Source: Haloferax volcanii DS2
GTDB taxonomy: Archaea > Halobacteriota > Halobacteria > Halobacteriales > Haloferacaceae
DNA: 32,000 nucleotides
Reading direction: 5' to 3'
Assembly: GCF_000025685.1 (NCBI RefSeq)
Contig: NC_013967.1
Coordinates: 2,760,001 to 2,792,000 of the forward strand
Numbering within the stretch: position 1 is the first letter of the stretch; each line of letters opens with the position of its first letter. Below are positions 11,966 to 19,943 of this stretch, one piece after another. The notes under the pieces are model-generated. The model made no database searches and had not been told where the DNA came from. It saw nothing but the letters and a program-made list of their open reading frames with translations. Made by a program: the position numbers and the translations under genes.

Positions 11966-12070
11966 ATCGTGGCGACCCCCGGGAAGGTGTGTCATCCCGG
12001 TGAGCGCCTGACGACCTTGGGGTCGGGGGCGTTCGGTGGAAGCTTTCGGGGGGGAGTGCCCCCGTGCGCT

Positions 12071-12116
12071 TCTTCGCATTAATCCGAATGCCCGGGGTAC
12101 ATAAAAGGCCGTCGAA
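12071..12116 (-). promoter_or_regulatory. rRNA operon promoter P2 (tandem copy of P1)
   Basis: The minus strand reads TTCGACGGCCTTTTATGTACCCCGGGCATTCGGATTAATGCGAAGA. It shares the blocks CGACGGCC, TATA box, CATTCGGAT and AATGCGAA with P1, about 150 nt upstream of it. Confidence 0.55.
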
Positions 12117-12380
12117 CCGATGGCGCATCGTCATGCGGTTTCATGGCGGGGTTACTCATAAAATGATGACAGACTGTCGGGGAGAGCGATGAGTCTCGAA
12201 GGGATAGATATCGCGCGACTGGAGGCCGGTCGGTCATCCCCCGCGTCGCACGTGCGGTCTGACCGGGTGTCGGTCACGCAAGCAGACGCTGGCGGCGCTA
12301 TCTGAAAGGCGTATCGACTGCACTACGACTCGAGATGCTACACGTGCGTGCGCACGATAAGAATGTGAACGTCGGTCGGA

Positions 12381-12695
12381 TTACTCGTCGAGGTGCTCGA
12401 TTCCCTTCTTGGAAACGTTTCCTTTGGTAATCTTCCCCTCCATCCAGCCGGGCTTGTCCTCGGGGGCGCTGCTGTTCCACGCCCACGCGTCGAAGATGTG
12501 GACTTTATCAGTCCCTTTCTCCCGGAGTCGAATCTCGACCGCGTCCGACTTCGCGTCGTCCTCGGAGCCGGCGGGGTCGAGTCGTCGGGCCGCCTTGAGC
12601 GCCGCCTGTCTCGGCATGCTGCCCGAAAACACACTCGTCTCTGTACCGTCCTCCTCTCGGAGCACGAAGTTTCGCTTACCGTCCTCGCGTACCAT
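12381..12695 (-). CDS. Non-histone chromosomal protein of the MC1 family (104 aa)
   Basis: RNFVLREEDGTETSVFSGSMPRQAALKAARR...IRLREKGTDKVHIFDAWAW...KPGWMEGKITKGNVSKKGIEHL aligns by eye along its whole length with Methanosarcina MC1 (RNFVLRDEDG..GVF.G..PRQAALKAA.R...I.LRERGT.KVH.F.AW...P.WM..KI.K..V.K..IEKL). Confidence 0.85.
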   Translation of the reverse strand: MVREDGKRNFVLREEDGTETSVFSGSMPRQAALKAARRLDPAGSEDDAKSDAVEIRLREKGTDKVHIFDAWAWNSSAPEDKPGWMEGKITKGNVSKKGIEHLDE

Positions 12696-12701
12696 GATTT
12701 T

Positions 12702-12708
12702 CCACCTC
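12702..12708 (-). promoter_or_regulatory. Shine-Dalgarno sequence of the MC1 gene
   Basis: The minus strand reads AGAGGTGGAAAATC-ATG. GAGGTG is complementary to the 16S 3' end (GATCACCTCCT) found in this same window, with a 6-nt spacer. Confidence 0.55.
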
Positions 12709-12733
12709 TATGGCAATGAACCACATGGCACGT

Positions 12734-12745
12734 GATAAATATATC
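12734..12745 (-). promoter_or_regulatory. AT-rich TATA-like element (GATATATTTATC on the minus strand) upstream of the MC1 gene
   Basis: It lies about 40-50 nt upstream of the ATG, consistent with a short SD-containing leader. It is the strongest AT-rich box in the MC1/AbrB-like divergent region. Confidence 0.45.
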
Positions 12746-12932
12746 GCCGGATTTCGACCGACGACGCCGTGTTACTTATAAACTCGACCGATTTGCCGGG
12801 CCGCCGACCCCACCGAGGTGGCGACGAGTTTCGATGCGAGACGGTCCGGTTGCGGCGAAAGTCACCACTCCACGGAGAGACGGAGACAACACTTATGTAT
12901 CCCCTGCGGCGAACCAACGGATAGACCCCCAG

Positions 12933-13130
12933 ATGGTCCGGAAAAAGAAGCTCAGTCCGAGTGGCGCCAAAGACGAGAACGGCGAGTACCACAACGTCCA
13001 CGTCAACCTCCACGAAGACGAACTCGCGGTCGCCGGGATGGAGATCGGAGACGAGGTGTTCGTCCGCGTTCGGGACGGCAAAATCATCATCCAGAAAGCG
13101 GACCCAGACCAGGTCGAACACGACTTCTAA
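12933..13130 (+). CDS. Small (65 aa) protein with a SpoVT/AbrB-like C-terminal half
   Basis: I chose ATG 12933 (MVRKKKLSPSG...). The track ORF from 12732 carries an Arg/Pro-rich, non-coding-looking extension. The segment VNLHEDELAVAGMEIGDEVFVRVRDGKIIIQKA fits the AbrB/MazE swapped-hairpin pattern (l.i.eGDev.v.v.dgkiii.k). Confidence 0.5.
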   Translation: MVRKKKLSPSGAKDENGEYHNVHVNLHEDELAVAGMEIGDEVFVRVRDGKIIIQKADPDQVEHDF

Positions 13131-13190
13131 GCGCGTGACCCGTATCGTCTCGAACCGACTCGCCCCCAGCGGACGGCCCGACAGACAGCA

Positions 13191-14246
13191 ATGAACCCCT
13201 ACCGACTCGCCAAACCACTCCTGTTTTCGCTCCCGCCCGAGACCGCCCACCGGACCATTCACGGCCTGCTCGCGGCCGCGCGCGGCACGCCCGCCGAACC
13301 GCTCTTGGAGCGGCGCTACCGCGTCGACGACGCCCGGCTCGCCACGCGCGCGTTCGGCCTCGACTTCCCGAACCCGGTCGGCGTCGCGGCCGGCTTCGAC
13401 AAGAACGCCGAGATACCCACCGTCCTCTCGGCGCTCGGTTTCGGCCACGTCGAGGTCGGCGGTGTCACCGCGGAGCCGCAGCCCGGAAACCCGCGCCCGC
13501 GGATGTTCCGCCTCCCCGAAGACGAGGCGCTCATCAACCGTATGGGCCTCAACAACGAGGGCGCGGACGCGGTCGGAGAGCGCCTCGCCGCCGGACCGCA
13601 CCCCGATATCCCGGTCGGTGTCAACCTCGCGCTCTCGGAGGTGACGCCCACCGAGGAGGCCCCCGAGGACTACCGCTACACCTACGAGCGCGTTGCCGAC
13701 GGCGCGGACTACTTCGTCGTCAACGTCTCGTGTCCCAACAGCGAGGGGTTCCGCGACTTGCAGAACCGCGTCTCCCTCGAAGCGATTCTCGGGACGCTCG
13801 TCGACGCCGGTGCCGACCCGCTGCTCGTGAAACTCTCGCCGGACCTCCCGGACCCCGCCGTGGAGGACGCGCTCGAAGTCGTCGACGACCTCGGACTCGA
13901 CGGCGTTATCGCCAGCAACACGACCACCTCGCGGCCCGACACCCTGCGGAACCCAAACCGGGCAGAACGCGGCGGCCTCTCCGGGAAGCCAATCGAGGCC
14001 GAGGCCACGAACATGATTCGCTTCATCGCCGAGCGGACCGACGTGCCCGTCGTCGGCGTCGGCGGCGTCTCGGACGCCGAAAGCGCCTACAGAAAGATTC
14101 GCGCCGGGGCCGAGATGGTCCAACTCTACACGGGCATGGTCTACGAGGGACCGTCTATCGCCCGCGACATCAACCGCGGCCTCCTCGACCTGCTCGACCG
14201 CGACGGCTTCGACGACGTGGCCGACGCCGTCGGGTCGGGACTGTAA
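13191..14246 (+). CDS. pyrD: Dihydroorotate dehydrogenase (quinone), class 2
   Basis: Three regions match the class 2 PyrD pattern: the N-terminal helix-pair region MNPYRLAKPLLFSLPPETAH, GLDFPNPVGVAAGFDKNAE...GFGHVEVGGVT..PQPGNPRPRMFRL...ALINRMGLNNEG, and the C-terminal GGVSDAESAYRKIRAGAEMVQLYTGMVYEGP. Confidence 0.92.
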   Translation: MNPYRLAKPLLFSLPPETAHRTIHGLLAAARGTPAEPLLERRYRVDDARLATRAFGLDFPNPVGVAAGFDKNAEIPTVLSALGFGHVEVGGVTAEPQPGNPRPRMFRLPEDEALINRMGLNNEGADAVGERLAAGPHPDIPVGVNLALSEVTPTEEAPEDYRYTYERVADGADYFVVNVSCPNSEGFRDLQNRVSLEAILGTLVDAGADPLLVKLSPDLPDPAVEDALEVVDDLGLDGVIASNTTTSRPDTLRNPNRAERGGLSGKPIEAEATNMIRFIAERTDVPVVGVGGVSDAESAYRKIRAGAEMVQLYTGMVYEGPSIARDINRGLLDLLDRDGFDDVADAVGSGL

Positions 14247-14340
14247 CGTCGCCCGCGACGACCGCTCACCGCGAGAACCGACCGCCCGCGTCTCGGTTCC
14301 GAACCGAAGACTGATTTTCCGCCCGGTCGCTTGACAAATC

Positions 14341-15699
14341 GTGCGCCCGCCCTCCACTCGTGTCTCCGGCGTGCTCGCGGTTCTCGTCTCGAACGCCGTC
14401 GCGCCGCTCGGCGTCCTGTTTCTCGGTTGGGCACCGGCCGCGCTCTTCGGCGTGTTCGTCGCCGAAATCGCCGCCGTGCTGTGGTGGACGCTCGTGAAGA
14501 TACCCTTCGCGGCCAAGCGCCCCAACAACGCCATCGGCGACGGGGACCGGCTGTTCGGCCCGTTGCAGGCCAAACGAGGGTCGGTTTCGCTGCCCGGACC
14601 GCTCCCGCCGGGCTATCTTCGGAACGTCCCGACGCTCCTCATCGCGGCGTTCCTGCTCGTCCCGCTCGAACTCGCCGTCGCCTTCGTCGCCTTCGGCCTG
14701 ACCGACCCGGTCGTCACCGACGAGGTCGCCGGACAAATCCTGCTGGGCGGCGCGGGCGTGTTCGTCGGGCGGGGTGTGAAAACGGTTACCAAATACTTCG
14801 CCGCGGGCAGCTACCGCGACCACTCCGCGCGGTCGGTGTTGCTTCCCCCGTTCAAGTTCCTGTTCGCCGCCGGACTGCTGATGTTCGTCTTCGGGCCGTT
14901 CGCGGTCGAACTCGAAAACGACGTGTTCCTCGTGGTTCTCGTCGGCCTGAAACTCCTCTACGACCTCCGCGCGCTCCAGCTCGAACGGAGCGAAACGCGA
15001 GGCGTCTTCTACCGTCTCTACGGGAGCGAGGAGACCGAGATAGAACCGATTCCGGTCGAGGAGCCGACGGGAGCGCCGACCTATCGAACCGCGCCCGCCC
15101 GCGCGGTCGCCCTCACCGATGCGGTCTACCAGAGCCTCCGGTACACGGTCACCAGCGGCGTGCTGTGGTGCTACGGCGTCGCCGCCGCGCTCGTCTTCTT
15201 CGGCGCGTGGACGTTCGCGCTCGCGCCGCTCGCCCTCGCCGCCGCGTTCGGGACCCTCCGGGGAGTCTCCCGCTATCTCGAAACCGGCCCCGTCGAGTTC
15301 CGGTGCTACGGCGACGTACTCGTCGCCCACGACGCGCTGTTAGACGAGCCGCAAGCCCGCCTCGAACGCGACGCGGTCACCGAGGTCGGCGTGTCCACCC
15401 ACGCCGTCGACCGCCTGTTCGGCACGGAGACGGTGCGGTTCGAGACCGACGTGGACACGACACCGGACGTGCAACTCACGGTCCCCGACCCCGAGGAGGT
15501 CCGCACCGACGACGCGAACGCGAACCACCCGATGACGGTTCCCCACGTCCAAGACGCGGCCGCGGTGCTGGCCGCCTTCGACGGCGGCGGCGAAACTGAG
15601 GCTGAAGCTGAGTCGGAGGCGGAGACGGAAGCTGAGACCGAGACAGAAGCCGAAACCGAGGCCGAGAGCGAGACACCAGTGCCGAGCCGCGACGGCTGA
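14341..15699 (+). CDS. Polytopic membrane protein with a C-terminal cytosolic bPH-like region and an acidic (Glu-x)14 tail. The N-terminal membrane part resembles the DUF6498 type.
   Basis: There are at least six hydrophobic helices. An apparent GTG start at 14341 has no in-frame ATG nearby. The segment FRCYGDVLVAHDALLDEPQARLERDAVTEVGVSTHAVDRLFGTETVRFETD resembles bacterial PH (YdbS/YdbT-like) domains. The family assignments are from memory. Confidence 0.7.
   Translation: MRPPSTRVSGVLAVLVSNAVAPLGVLFLGWAPAALFGVFVAEIAAVLWWTLVKIPFAAKRPNNAIGDGDRLFGPLQAKRGSVSLPGPLPPGYLRNVPTLLIAAFLLVPLELAVAFVAFGLTDPVVTDEVAGQILLGGAGVFVGRGVKTVTKYFAAGSYRDHSARSVLLPPFKFLFAAGLLMFVFGPFAVELENDVFLVVLVGLKLLYDLRALQLERSETRGVFYRLYGSEETEIEPIPVEEPTGAPTYRTAPARAVALTDAVYQSLRYTVTSGVLWCYGVAAALVFFGAWTFALAPLALAAAFGTLRGVSRYLETGPVEFRCYGDVLVAHDALLDEPQARLERDAVTEVGVSTHAVDRLFGTETVRFETDVDTTPDVQLTVPDPEEVRTDDANANHPMTVPHVQDAAAVLAAFDGGGETEAEAESEAETEAETETEAETEAESETPVPSRDG
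15592..15675 (+). repeat. Imperfect hexanucleotide coding repeat, (GAR-NCN)x14, encoding ETEAEAESEAETEAETETEAETEAESET
   Basis: The 6-nt periodicity was read directly from the sequence, inside the 3' end of the 14341-15699 CDS. Confidence 0.85.
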
Positions 15700-15730
15700 C
15701 GAGCCGCGGGCTAGGCGACCGGGTACCGAG

Positions 15731-15736
15731 AAAAAA
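15731..15736 (-). terminator. T6 tract (minus strand CGCTTTTTTCTCGG) about 25 nt downstream of the valS stop
   Basis: Archaeal termination occurs at oligo-T tracts. This is the only such tract in the convergent gap 15700-15762. Confidence 0.4.
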
Positions 15737-15762
15737 GCGAACGAAACCGACCGAACGACCCC

Positions 15763-18375
15763 TCAGTCGGCGTGCTGGACGATGACGATGGCGTCGCCGG
15801 CTTCGAGCATGTCGCCGTCGCCGACGTACTCGCGGGACTCCTCGATAGTGAACATCTCGGGGTCGAGTTCGACGCCCGCGACGTGCATCACGCCGTCTTC
15901 GACCTCGTAGTCGTCGCCTTCGAGCGCGGCCTCGATGTCCGGGACCTGCGCGCCGTACTCGGGGCCGACGAGCGAGTAATCGAGGTCGACGCCGGTCACG
16001 ACCGACTCGATTTCGGGCTCCTCGTCGAGGAGCTCGAGTTTCTCGATGTGCATCACGCCGCTCACGTCCTCCTCGAAGCCGTGGATGTCGCCGTACACTT
16101 CCACGAGGTCGACCGGGGCGTTCATCGAGAGCTGGTTGTCGCTTTTGTACTTACGGAGCGCGCCGACGACGGCCATCGCCGTCTCGCCGGCCGCCACGTC
16201 GGCGTCGAGGCCGAGCGGTTCGGGCCACGGCTGGTCGTGGACGCTCGCCTCGTCGTACATGTCGCGCCAGAGTTCCTCCGTGACGTGCGCGAGGATGGGC
16301 GCGAAGCAGGCCAGGAACCGCTTGTGGGCGGTCTGGAGCGTGTACGCCGCCGAGGGGTCGTCGCCCTCGCGGACGCGCTGTTTGGCGATTTCGAGGTAGT
16401 CGTCGCAGAACGTGTGCCAGAAGAAACTGCGCAGGCGGTCGCGCGCCTTCGAGAACTCGCGGTTCTCCAGTTTCTCCGTGACGAACTCGAGTTCGCGGTC
16501 GAGCGACGCGAGCAGCCAGCGGTCGATGGCCTTCAGGTCGTCGTGGTCGAACTCGGCGGGCGCGTCCTCGGTGAGGCTCTCGACGAGCTTCGAGGCGTTC
16601 CAGAGCTTCCGCATGAGCTTCTCGCCCGCGACGAGACCCTTCTCCTGATACGGGAGGTCGTCGCCGACGGCGCTCCCGGCGGCCCAGTAGCGGGCGGCGT
16701 CGACCGGGAACTTCTCTAGAACCTCGTCCGGCGAGACGACGTTGCCGACGGACTTCGACATCTTCTCGCGGTTCTCGTCGAGGACCATCCCGTTTATCAT
16801 GACGCTGTCGAACGGGACCTCGCCGGTGTGCTCGTAGCACTTGACGACCGTGTGGAACAGCCAAAAGGAGATGATGTCGTGGCCCTGCGGGCGCATATCG
16901 AACGGGTAGAGTTCGGGCCGGTCGAGTTCCATCGCCTCCGTCTCGGGGTTCCAGTCCCACCCGGCGTTGATGAGGGGCGTGAGCGACGAAGTGGCCCAGG
17001 TGTCGAACACGTCGTCCTCGGCGGCGAACTCGTCGTGGCCGCACTCGGGACAGGCGTCGACCGGCGGGCCGTCGGAAAGCGGGTCGACCGGCAGGTCTTC
17101 GCGGTCGGCGACGACGACGTGCTCGCAGTCCTCGCAGTACCAGACGGGGAACGGAATCCCCGAGGAGCGCTGCCGCGAGATGGCCCAGTCCCACTGGAGC
17201 CCCTCTATCCAGTTCTTGTACCGCGTGAACATCTTCTCGGGGTACCAGTCCATCTGCTCGCCGGCTTCGAGGTACTCCTCGCGCTTGTCGAGCAGTTTGA
17301 TGTACCACTGGTCCTTGACGAGGAACTCGACGCTCGTGCCGCAGCGCTCGTGGACGTTGACCGTGTGCGTGATGGCGCGCTTGTCGAGGAGCGCCCCGGC
17401 GTCGTCGAGGTCGGAGACGATGGCCTCCCGCGCCTCGTCGGCAGAGAGCCCGGCGTAGTCGTCGGCCTCCTCGGTCATCGTGCCGGACTCGTCGATGGCG
17501 ACGCGGAGCGGCAGGTCGTGGGCCTGATACCACTCGATGTCGGTCTGGTCACCGAAGGTACAGCACATGACGAGGCCCGTGCCCGTTTCGAGGTCGACGC
17601 GCTCGTCTTCGAGGATGGGGACCCGCTGGCCGAACAGCGGAATCTCGGCTTCCTGCCCGACGAGGTGCGCGTTGTCGTCGTCGTCGGGGTGGACGAAGAC
17701 GGCGACGCAGGCGGGGAGCAGTTCGGGCCGCGTCGTGGAGATGACGAACGACTCCTCGGAATCGGCCACGCCGAACTCGATGTCGTGGAAGTGCGAGCCC
17801 TGTTCGTCGTCTTCGGTCTCGACCTGCGAGATAGCGGTCTCGCACTCGGGACACCAGATGGCGGGCGCGCGCTGGCGGTACTGCCGGCCCTTCTCGTAGA
17901 GGTCGACGAAAGAGAGCTGCGAGACGCGCTGGACCTCGGGCGAAATCGTCTGGTACGTCTGGTCCCAGTCGATGGAGATACCGAGGTTCTGCATCTTCTC
18001 CGTGAACTCGCTTTCGTACTCCGCCGTGACCTCGCGGCAGAGCTTCTGGAACTCGCGTCGCTCGTAGTCCTGGTGTTTGATGCCGAGTTCGTCCTCGGTC
18101 AGGAGCTCCGACGCGATGCCGTTGTCGTCGTAACCGAACGGGAAGTACACCTCGTCGCCGCGCATCCGGGTGAACCGGGCGACGAAGTCCTGGAGGGTGA
18201 AGCCGTAGACGTGGCCCCAATGCAAGCTTCCGGACACCGTCGGCGGCGGTGAGTCGATGGAGAAGACGGTGTCGGGGTCTACCGCACGCTCCGGGTACGC
18301 GTACAGGTCTTCGTCGACCCACCTCTCTTGCCACTTCGCCTCGACGGTTTCCGGGTCGTATTCTCCGCTCGGCAT
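15763..18375 (-). CDS. valS: Valine--tRNA ligase
   Basis: This is a class Ia synthetase with PPPTVSGSLHWGH (HIGH region) and EKMSKSVGN (KMSKS). It has a CP1 editing-domain region and Zn-type CxxC pairs (CPECE, CEDCE, CPECG). The 870-aa length fits archaeal ValRS rather than IleRS or LeuRS. Confidence 0.9.
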   Translation of the reverse strand: MPSGEYDPETVEAKWQERWVDEDLYAYPERAVDPDTVFSIDSPPPTVSGSLHWGHVYGFTLQDFVARFTRMRGDEVYFPFGYDDNGIASELLTEDELGIKHQDYERREFQKLCREVTAEYESEFTEKMQNLGISIDWDQTYQTISPEVQRVSQLSFVDLYEKGRQYRQRAPAIWCPECETAISQVETEDDEQGSHFHDIEFGVADSEESFVISTTRPELLPACVAVFVHPDDDDNAHLVGQEAEIPLFGQRVPILEDERVDLETGTGLVMCCTFGDQTDIEWYQAHDLPLRVAIDESGTMTEEADDYAGLSADEAREAIVSDLDDAGALLDKRAITHTVNVHERCGTSVEFLVKDQWYIKLLDKREEYLEAGEQMDWYPEKMFTRYKNWIEGLQWDWAISRQRSSGIPFPVWYCEDCEHVVVADREDLPVDPLSDGPPVDACPECGHDEFAAEDDVFDTWATSSLTPLINAGWDWNPETEAMELDRPELYPFDMRPQGHDIISFWLFHTVVKCYEHTGEVPFDSVMINGMVLDENREKMSKSVGNVVSPDEVLEKFPVDAARYWAAGSAVGDDLPYQEKGLVAGEKLMRKLWNASKLVESLTEDAPAEFDHDDLKAIDRWLLASLDRELEFVTEKLENREFSKARDRLRSFFWHTFCDDYLEIAKQRVREGDDPSAAYTLQTAHKRFLACFAPILAHVTEELWRDMYDEASVHDQPWPEPLGLDADVAAGETAMAVVGALRKYKSDNQLSMNAPVDLVEVYGDIHGFEEDVSGVMHIEKLELLDEEPEIESVVTGVDLDYSLVGPEYGAQVPDIEAALEGDDYEVEDGVMHVAGVELDPEMFTIEESREYVGDGDMLEAGDAIVIVQHAD

Positions 18376-18466
18376 TGCGTTGGCGTACCTACAACCGGGC
18401 GGGCTGTTAAACGCCTCGGTTAAGTGCCCGAGGGGACGAAATTCGGCCGTGCGAGCCCCGGATTCC

Positions 18467-19672
18467 TCAGAGGACCGACAGCGCCGACGCGAGGTCCGAG
18501 CGCAGGTCGTCGACGTGCTCGACGCCCACCGACAGCCGCAACAGCGAATCGGAGATGCCGAGCGCGTCGCGTTCGGTCTGCGAGAGCGGCGAGTGCGTCA
18601 TCGTCGCCGGATGCTCGATGAGGCTCTCGACGCCGCCGAGGCTGACCGCCAGCGGGAACTCCCGGAGTGCGCCGAGGAACTCGGCGGTCCCGTCGAGGTC
18701 GGTGTCGAGTTCGAACGACAACACGCCGCCGAAGCCGGACTGCTGGCGGGCCGCGAGGTCGTGCTGCGGATGGGACTCCAGCCCCGGATACAGCACTCGC
18801 GTAACCGCCTCGTGGGAGTCGAGGAATTCGGCGATTTCCATCGCGTTGGTCTCGTGCTGGCGCATCCGCAGGGGGAGCGTCTTGATGCCCCGGAGCGTCA
18901 GGTAGGAGTCGAACGGTGAGAGCATCGACCCCATCCCGACGCGCTGGAGGAACGTGAGCTCCTCCAGTACGTCCTCGCGGTCGGTGACGACCGCGCCGCC
19001 GATGGAGTCCGAATGGCCGTTGAGGTACTTCGTGGTGCTGTGGACGACCACGTCGGCCCCGAGCGACAGCGGGGTCTGGAACTGCGGGCTGAGGAAGGTG
19101 TTGTCCACGCCGAAGACCGCGTCGCCCTCGTCGGCGATGGCCGCGATGGCCTCGATGTCGCAGAGGTGCATGAGCGGGTTCGTCGGCGTCTCCATCCAGA
19201 CGAGCGCCGTCTCCTCGCGCATCGCGGCCGCGACGTTCTCGGGGTCGGTGGCGTCCACGAACGACACGTCCACGTTCAGCCGGTCGGCGAACAGCCGGGT
19301 GAGCATCGTCTTCGTCCCGCCGTAGAGGTCCTCGAACGCGACGATGTGGTCGCCCGGCCGGACCACCGCGGTCATCGTCGCGGCGATGGCCGCCGTGCCG
19401 GAGACGAACGCCAGCGCGTGGTCGGCCCCTTCCAGCGCCGCGAGCCGGTGTTCCAGCGCGTTCCGCGTCGGGTTCGACAGCCGCGAGTAGAGGTACTCGC
19501 CCGCGTCGGGGTCGAGCGTCTCCAAGTCCGCGTCGGGGTCGATGCTCGGCACCGAGTAGGTCGACGAGAGGTGGACCGGAACGACGACGTCCTCGACGCC
19601 CGGGGCCGGGGCCTGCCCGCGCTCGCCGTGGGTCACCGCCAGCGTCTCGCGACGAACATCACTATCGTTCAT
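18467..19672 (-). CDS. PLP-dependent trans-sulfuration enzyme (cystathionine gamma-synthase/lyase, Cys/Met metabolism family)
   Basis: The sequence contains YSRLSNPTRNALEHRLAALEG, the PLP-lysine motif HSTTKYLNGHSD and the C-terminal LIEHPATMTHS...RLSVGVE, all typical of the MetB/MetC/MetZ family. Substrate specificity is not assignable from the sequence. Confidence 0.88.
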   Translation of the reverse strand: MNDSDVRRETLAVTHGERGQAPAPGVEDVVVPVHLSSTYSVPSIDPDADLETLDPDAGEYLYSRLSNPTRNALEHRLAALEGADHALAFVSGTAAIAATMTAVVRPGDHIVAFEDLYGGTKTMLTRLFADRLNVDVSFVDATDPENVAAAMREETALVWMETPTNPLMHLCDIEAIAAIADEGDAVFGVDNTFLSPQFQTPLSLGADVVVHSTTKYLNGHSDSIGGAVVTDREDVLEELTFLQRVGMGSMLSPFDSYLTLRGIKTLPLRMRQHETNAMEIAEFLDSHEAVTRVLYPGLESHPQHDLAARQQSGFGGVLSFELDTDLDGTAEFLGALREFPLAVSLGGVESLIEHPATMTHSPLSQTERDALGISDSLLRLSVGVEHVDDLRSDLASALSVL

Positions 19673-19791
19673 ACAGGAAACGTGACGACTCGCGTCCTAA
19701 AGGTTTCTATCGCGTTCTGACTAAATGCACGAAAAGAATTACTGGCGGTGTGGAATTACTCAGAGTTATCCGAGTTCGGTTCGTGGACTCT

Positions 19792-19848
19792 CAAAAATCC
19801 GGACCAAAAATAATCGCCAAGCGACTACGCCAGCGCCGACAGGTCGAA
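19792..19848. repeat. Copy A of a 57-bp direct repeat (a duplicated pheT 3' end plus trailer)
   Basis: CAAAAATCCGGACCAAAAATAATCGCCAAGCGACTACGCCAGCGCCGACAGGTCGAA matches 19887-19943 with 2 mismatches. Confidence 0.9.
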
Positions 19849-19886
19849 GCTCCCACCTTTTTCCGCGACTCGCATCGCTCGTCGCG

Positions 19887-19943
19887 CAAAAATCTGGACC
19901 AAAAATAATCGCCAAACGACTACGCCAGCGCCGACAGGTCGAA
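19887..19943. repeat. Copy B of the 57-bp direct repeat, covering the authentic last 7 codons, stop codon and 33-nt trailer of pheT
   Basis: CAAAAATCTGGACCAAAAATAATCGCCAAACGACTACGCCAGCGCCGACAGGTCGAA lies 95 bp from copy A. Confidence 0.9.

Noticed and set aside
12163-12262. C-box-like ATGATGA (12163-12169), an internal GATGA, and CTGA (12259-12262), suggesting a box C/D sRNA
   Set aside because: The C-to-D distance of about 95 nt is too long for archaeal C/D sRNAs. There is no terminal stem and no D'/C' arrangement at sensible spacing.
12708-14573. 621-aa minus-strand ORF antisense to pyrD
   Set aside because: It overlaps the well-supported pyrD and AbrB-like genes. Its composition is that of an alternative frame (Arg/Gly/Val/Glu-rich), and I recognise no motifs.
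14331-15599. 422-aa Arg/Pro-rich ORF in an alternative plus frame of the membrane-protein gene. Similar Arg-rich ORFs occur at 25180-27084, 16151-17533, 30077-31303 and 27161-28951 upstream of 28180.
   Set aside because: The extreme Arg/Pro/Gly content is characteristic of out-of-frame translation of GC3-rich genes. In each case another frame encodes a protein with clear homology.
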